The translations under genes and the position numbers were made by a program. The notes beneath the pieces are model-generated. The model was not told the origin of the DNA. It saw only the letters and a program-made list of their open reading frames with translations, and did not search any database. Positions 60,672-64,000 of a stretch of 64,000 nucleotides of DNA are shown piece by piece (positions within the stretch are counted from its first letter, which is position 1; each line of letters opens with the position of its first letter). The stretch is from Acidobacteriota bacterium (GTDB taxonomy: Bacteria > Acidobacteriota > UBA890 > WLXD01): contig CAXWPH010000009.1 of assembly GCA_963666055.2 (NCBI GenBank), forward strand, positions 17,227-81,226, read 5' to 3'.

Positions 60672-61046
60672 ATGTCGGAGGAAATCAGAGAACTGCTGCT
60701 CGAGAGCCTCGATGAAGAGAACCTGCGGCTGCTTTTCCCGGATCGATTCAGCGAGCGTACCCGAATCAGCCTCATGTACGCGCCACTACAGGGCGAGGAG
60801 GCGGAGCGCGAGCGCGAGTTGACCGCGCAAGCAGCCGAATTCGAAGTAACTACCGACGTGGGCGACGTGCACGACGAACCTCGCCACCGGGCCACCTTTA
60901 CTCTCGATCAGATCGAGCCGTTGTTTCAGCTCTTTCAGCTGATTTCCGGGGACCCGTCAAGAGAGTCCGACGCGCAGTTCAACGGGCGCCGACTGCCGAT
61001 GACGATGGAGCTCTGGCTACCGCTCCTATGGGCATTGCGTTTCTAG
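60672..61046 (+). CDS. hypothetical protein
   Basis: Acidic 124-aa ORF ending ELWLPLLW, divergent from selA. Confidence 0.7.
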   Translation: MSEEIRELLLESLDEENLRLLFPDRFSERTRISLMYAPLQGEEAERERELTAQAAEFEVTTDVGDVHDEPRHRATFTLDQIEPLFQLFQLISGDPSRESDAQFNGRRLPMTMELWLPLLWALRF

Positions 61047-61110
61047 CAGGGTGCGACTCCTGTAACTCGCGGGGCCACGGCCGACGCGACCGGCATGACG
61101 CTACCGCAGT

Positions 61111-61139
61111 TTGACAGCCCACTAGGCAACGGATAGAAA
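61111..61139 (+). promoter_or_regulatory. sigma70-type promoter of the nuo operon
   Basis: TTGACA-N17-TAGAAA. Confidence 0.5.
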
Positions 61140-61193
61140 TGACCTCGCCTGCGCATCGGCGGGCACCGCGACACAACCCCGGATCAGGGCTGC

Positions 61194-61550
61194 ATGGTCG
61201 TCTACCTTCCGATAGCGATTTTTCTGGTGATCGCGATCGTTTTCGCGGTGATCCCGCTCATCGTGGGTCGCCTCGTGCGACCGACTCCGCCGGCAAGCGA
61301 GGGAAAGCTGGCTCCCTACGAATGCGGCGTCGAGCCCATCCGTGATGCGCACAAGCGCTTCCCGATCCGCTTCTACATCGTCGCGATGCTGTTCCTCGTC
61401 TTCGACGTGGAGACCGTCTTCATGTTCCCGTGGGCCATACGATATCGAGCCTTGGCGCTGTTCGGGTTCATCGAAATGCTCATCTTCATAGGGATCTTGA
61501 TCTTGGGCTACGTTTACGCCTGGAAACGCGGGGCACTCGAATGGGTCTAG
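61194..61550 (+). CDS. nuoA: NADH-quinone oxidoreductase subunit A
   Basis: PYECG, FDVETVF, KRGALEW. Confidence 0.97.
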   Translation: MVVYLPIAIFLVIAIVFAVIPLIVGRLVRPTPPASEGKLAPYECGVEPIRDAHKRFPIRFYIVAMLFLVFDVETVFMFPWAIRYRALALFGFIEMLIFIGILILGYVYAWKRGALEWV

Positions 61551-62020
61551 TCGAGCACAAGCTCCCGGAGAACGTTCTGACCACGACCGTTGATAGCATC
61601 ATCAACTGGGGTCGCAAGTCGGCGATCTGGCCGCTTACTTTCGGCCTCGCGTGCTGCGCCATCGAAATGATCGTCACCACTTGCTCGCGTTTCGACATGG
61701 CGCGTTTCGGCGCGGAGGTATTCCGCGCCACCCCGCGCCAAGCCGACCTCATGATCGTCGCCGGCACGGTGACGTTGAAGATGGCTCCAGTCATCAAGCG
61801 ACTCTACGATCAGATGCCGGACCCGAAATGGGTGATATCGATGGGATCGTGTGCCACTTGCGGCGGCCCCTACCCGACCTACAGCGTGCTCCAGGGTGTT
61901 GATCGGATTGTTCCGGTTGACGTGTACGTACCCGGCTGCCCGCCGCGTCCGGAAGCGCTGCTCTACGGCCTGTTGCGGCTGCAGGACAAGATCGACGAAA
62001 TGAAGGTGGTGCGGAAGTAA
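61541..62020 (+). CDS. nuoB: NADH-quinone oxidoreductase subunit B
   Basis: [21 protein letters not shown]. Confidence 0.97.
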   Translation: MGLVEHKLPENVLTTTVDSIINWGRKSAIWPLTFGLACCAIEMIVTTCSRFDMARFGAEVFRATPRQADLMIVAGTVTLKMAPVIKRLYDQMPDPKWVISMGSCATCGGPYPTYSVLQGVDRIVPVDVYVPGCPPRPEALLYGLLRLQDKIDEMKVVRK

Positions 62021-62052
62021 GCGGCAACCCGCCGACCCGAGACCCCACTCCG

Positions 62053-62877
62053 ATGGCAGACGAACCGCTCGACACCGACGACGCCGGCAAGACCGACGAG
62101 CCGCAGGCTCAGCCGGCCGAAGACGTGTCCGCTGGGGCCCAGCCAGCGGAGCCGGCGAACGCGGTCGAGGCAACTGAGCCAAAGCCCGCGTCGGCAGAGA
62201 CAGAAACGGCAGAGCTGGAACCCGAGCCCGAGCCACATCCGGTGGTAGCAGCGCTCACCGCACGCTTCGGCGAAAAAATCACCGACGAGGGCACCGACCA
62301 GCTCGAAACACCGATCGTGCGCGTCGACACCAGCGACCTCAGCGAGGTGTTGAACTGGCTGCGCGACGACGAGGCGATGAACTTCAACTACCTGTCGAGC
62401 GTCACGGCGATCGACTGGACCGATCGCTCTCCGCGCTTCGACGTGGTGCTCCATGTCTACTCCATACCGAAGAATCACCGGCTGACCGTGAAGACGGCCT
62501 GCGCGGACGGCGAGGGAGTACCCAGCGCGGTCGACGTGTGGCCGGCGGCCAATTGGTTGGAGCGCGAGACGTACGACCTTTACGGCATCGAGTTTCTCGG
62601 CCACCCGGACCTGCGCCGTATCTTCATGCCAGAGGACTGGGAGGGCTTCCCGCTACGCAAGGACTATCCCCTCGAGGGGCCCAACCTCGAACTACTGACC
62701 CGCCAGCAAGCGGCGTTTCGTGGGGGTCGCTTCGACCGCATCCGGGGCGAGTACGAGATCAACGAGCAGGAGCGCGAGATGGCTGGTCCCGGCATCGTCG
62801 GGGCCCTGTGGACACCGCAACCCGACGAACCCGCCGAGCCGGAAGCAGCGCCAGGCGACGAACCCGAGCCACACTGA
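62053..62877 (+). CDS. nuoC: NADH-quinone oxidoreductase subunit C with acidic extensions
   Basis: ERETYDLYGI.F.GHPDLRRI, PLRKDYP. Confidence 0.95.
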   Translation: MADEPLDTDDAGKTDEPQAQPAEDVSAGAQPAEPANAVEATEPKPASAETETAELEPEPEPHPVVAALTARFGEKITDEGTDQLETPIVRVDTSDLSEVLNWLRDDEAMNFNYLSSVTAIDWTDRSPRFDVVLHVYSIPKNHRLTVKTACADGEGVPSAVDVWPAANWLERETYDLYGIEFLGHPDLRRIFMPEDWEGFPLRKDYPLEGPNLELLTRQQAAFRGGRFDRIRGEYEINEQEREMAGPGIVGALWTPQPDEPAEPEAAPGDEPEPH

Positions 62878-62880
62878 GCC

Positions 62881-63981
62881 ATGCTGCAGACGAAGGAGTT
62901 CGAGCTCAACATGGGTCCCCAGCACCCGTCCACGCACGGCGTGTTGCGGCTGGTGCTGTATCTCGATGGAGAGACCATCGTCGACATCGAGACCGTCATG
63001 GGATACCTGCATCGCGGCACCGAGAAGCTCTGCGAGACACGCAACTACTACAAGAACGTGCCGTTCACCGACCGCACCGACTACCTGGCAGCGCCCTACA
63101 ACAACCTGGGGTACGTCGAAACCGTGGAGCGCCTCGGAGGCTGGGATGTATCGGAACGCGCTCTGTACGCCCGTCTCGCGATTGTCGAGCTGAGTCGCAT
63201 CGCCAGCCATCTCTTTTGGCTGGCGACGCACGCCCTCGATATCGGCGCCCAAACGATGCTGTTCTGGTGTACGCGCGAGCGCGAGGTGATTCTCGACTTC
63301 TTCGAGGCTGCCCTGGGAGACCGCCTGACCACTTCGGCGTTCCGCCCCGGCGGGCTGCGCCGCGACCTCCCCGAAGGTTGGACCGATGCGGTGCTCAACT
63401 TCTGCAGCAGCTTCCCGCAGCGCATCGAGGAGTACGAAACGCTGCTGAGCGCCAACCGGATCTGGCTCGAACGCACCGTCGGTGTCGGCGTGATCAGCGG
63501 CGAAGACGCCGCCGCGCTCGGTCTCTCGGGGCCAATGATTCGTGGCTCCGGAGTCGACTACGACATCCGCAAGGCGCTGCCCTACGGAGGCTACGACCAG
63601 GTGGACTTTGATGTCCCGGTGTTCCCCGACGGCGACTCCTACGCCCGCTATCTCGTGCGCATGGAAGAGATGCGGCAGTCCGTACGGATCGTCCAGCAGG
63701 CGCTCGCGAAGTTGCCCGAAGGACCGATCACCGCGAAGGTGCCCAAGTCGATCCGGATCAAGGAACCGGTAGAGGCGTACCACATCGTCGAGAGCCCACG
63801 TGGCGAGCTCGGTTACTACATCATCGGTGGCAACGGCGACACGCCCTACAAGTGCAAGATCCGGGCACCGAGCTTCTGTAACCTGCAGGCGATCGCCCCT
63901 CTGAGCAAGGGCCACCTGATCGCCGATGTCGTCACCATCATCGGAAGCGTCGATATCGTGCTCGGAGACGTCGACCGATGA
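62881..63981 (+). CDS. nuoD: NADH-quinone oxidoreductase subunit D
   Basis: NMGPQHPSTHGVLR, GYLHRG, ESPRGE, GDVDR. Confidence 0.97.
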   Translation: MLQTKEFELNMGPQHPSTHGVLRLVLYLDGETIVDIETVMGYLHRGTEKLCETRNYYKNVPFTDRTDYLAAPYNNLGYVETVERLGGWDVSERALYARLAIVELSRIASHLFWLATHALDIGAQTMLFWCTREREVILDFFEAALGDRLTTSAFRPGGLRRDLPEGWTDAVLNFCSSFPQRIEEYETLLSANRIWLERTVGVGVISGEDAAALGLSGPMIRGSGVDYDIRKALPYGGYDQVDFDVPVFPDGDSYARYLVRMEEMRQSVRIVQQALAKLPEGPITAKVPKSIRIKEPVEAYHIVESPRGELGYYIIGGNGDTPYKCKIRAPSFCNLQAIAPLSKGHLIADVVTIIGSVDIVLGDVDR

Positions 63982-64000
63982 GCGACTTCATGATCGTCAA
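63978..64000 (+). CDS. start of the next nuo-operon gene (partial)
   Basis: ATGA overlap with the nuoD stop; only MSDFMIV visible. Confidence 0.45.

Overview
This is a GC-rich bacterial chromosomal window; gene content is compatible with Acidobacteriota or a related diderm (inference only). 1-19 kb holds mixed metabolic genes: S9 peptidase, HAD hydrolase, pyk, DtxR/MntR regulator, a GAF-type sigma54 activator, hemerythrin, csoR-copA with its operator, and a type III PKS/oxidoreductase/methyltransferase trio. Two non-coding items sit at 8.3-8.8 kb: a CTAG-flanked 270-bp MITE-like double hairpin, and a sigma54-promoter-driven candidate small RNA (31-bp stem, GGA-rich loop) directly downstream of the activator gene. 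19-43 kb is the most unusual part, an MSHA/T2SS-like type IV filament locus on the minus strand. In transcription order it has a PilS/PilR-like pair, a sigma54 promoter with enhancer palindromes, four excisionase/BldC-like HTH genes interleaved with six large GspG-like pilin paralogues (two intact, four damaged in the N-terminal alpha1 helix), and a GldA/F/G-like ABC transporter. It continues with an MshE/PilB ATPase, a pilC/gspF reduced to a 43-codon stub, PilMN/O/P-like genes, a secretin, an ExeA/MshM ATPase, a TPR protein and a lytic transglycosylase. 43-64 kb is mostly housekeeping: M48 protease, PRTase, nadE, ppiD, mreBCD-mrdA-rodA, RNase E/G, a frameshifted kinase-like/Omp85 fusion, selA and nuoABCD. 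I saw no rRNA, tRNA, CRISPR array, integrase or transposase. All calls come from reading motifs by eye; no searches were run.
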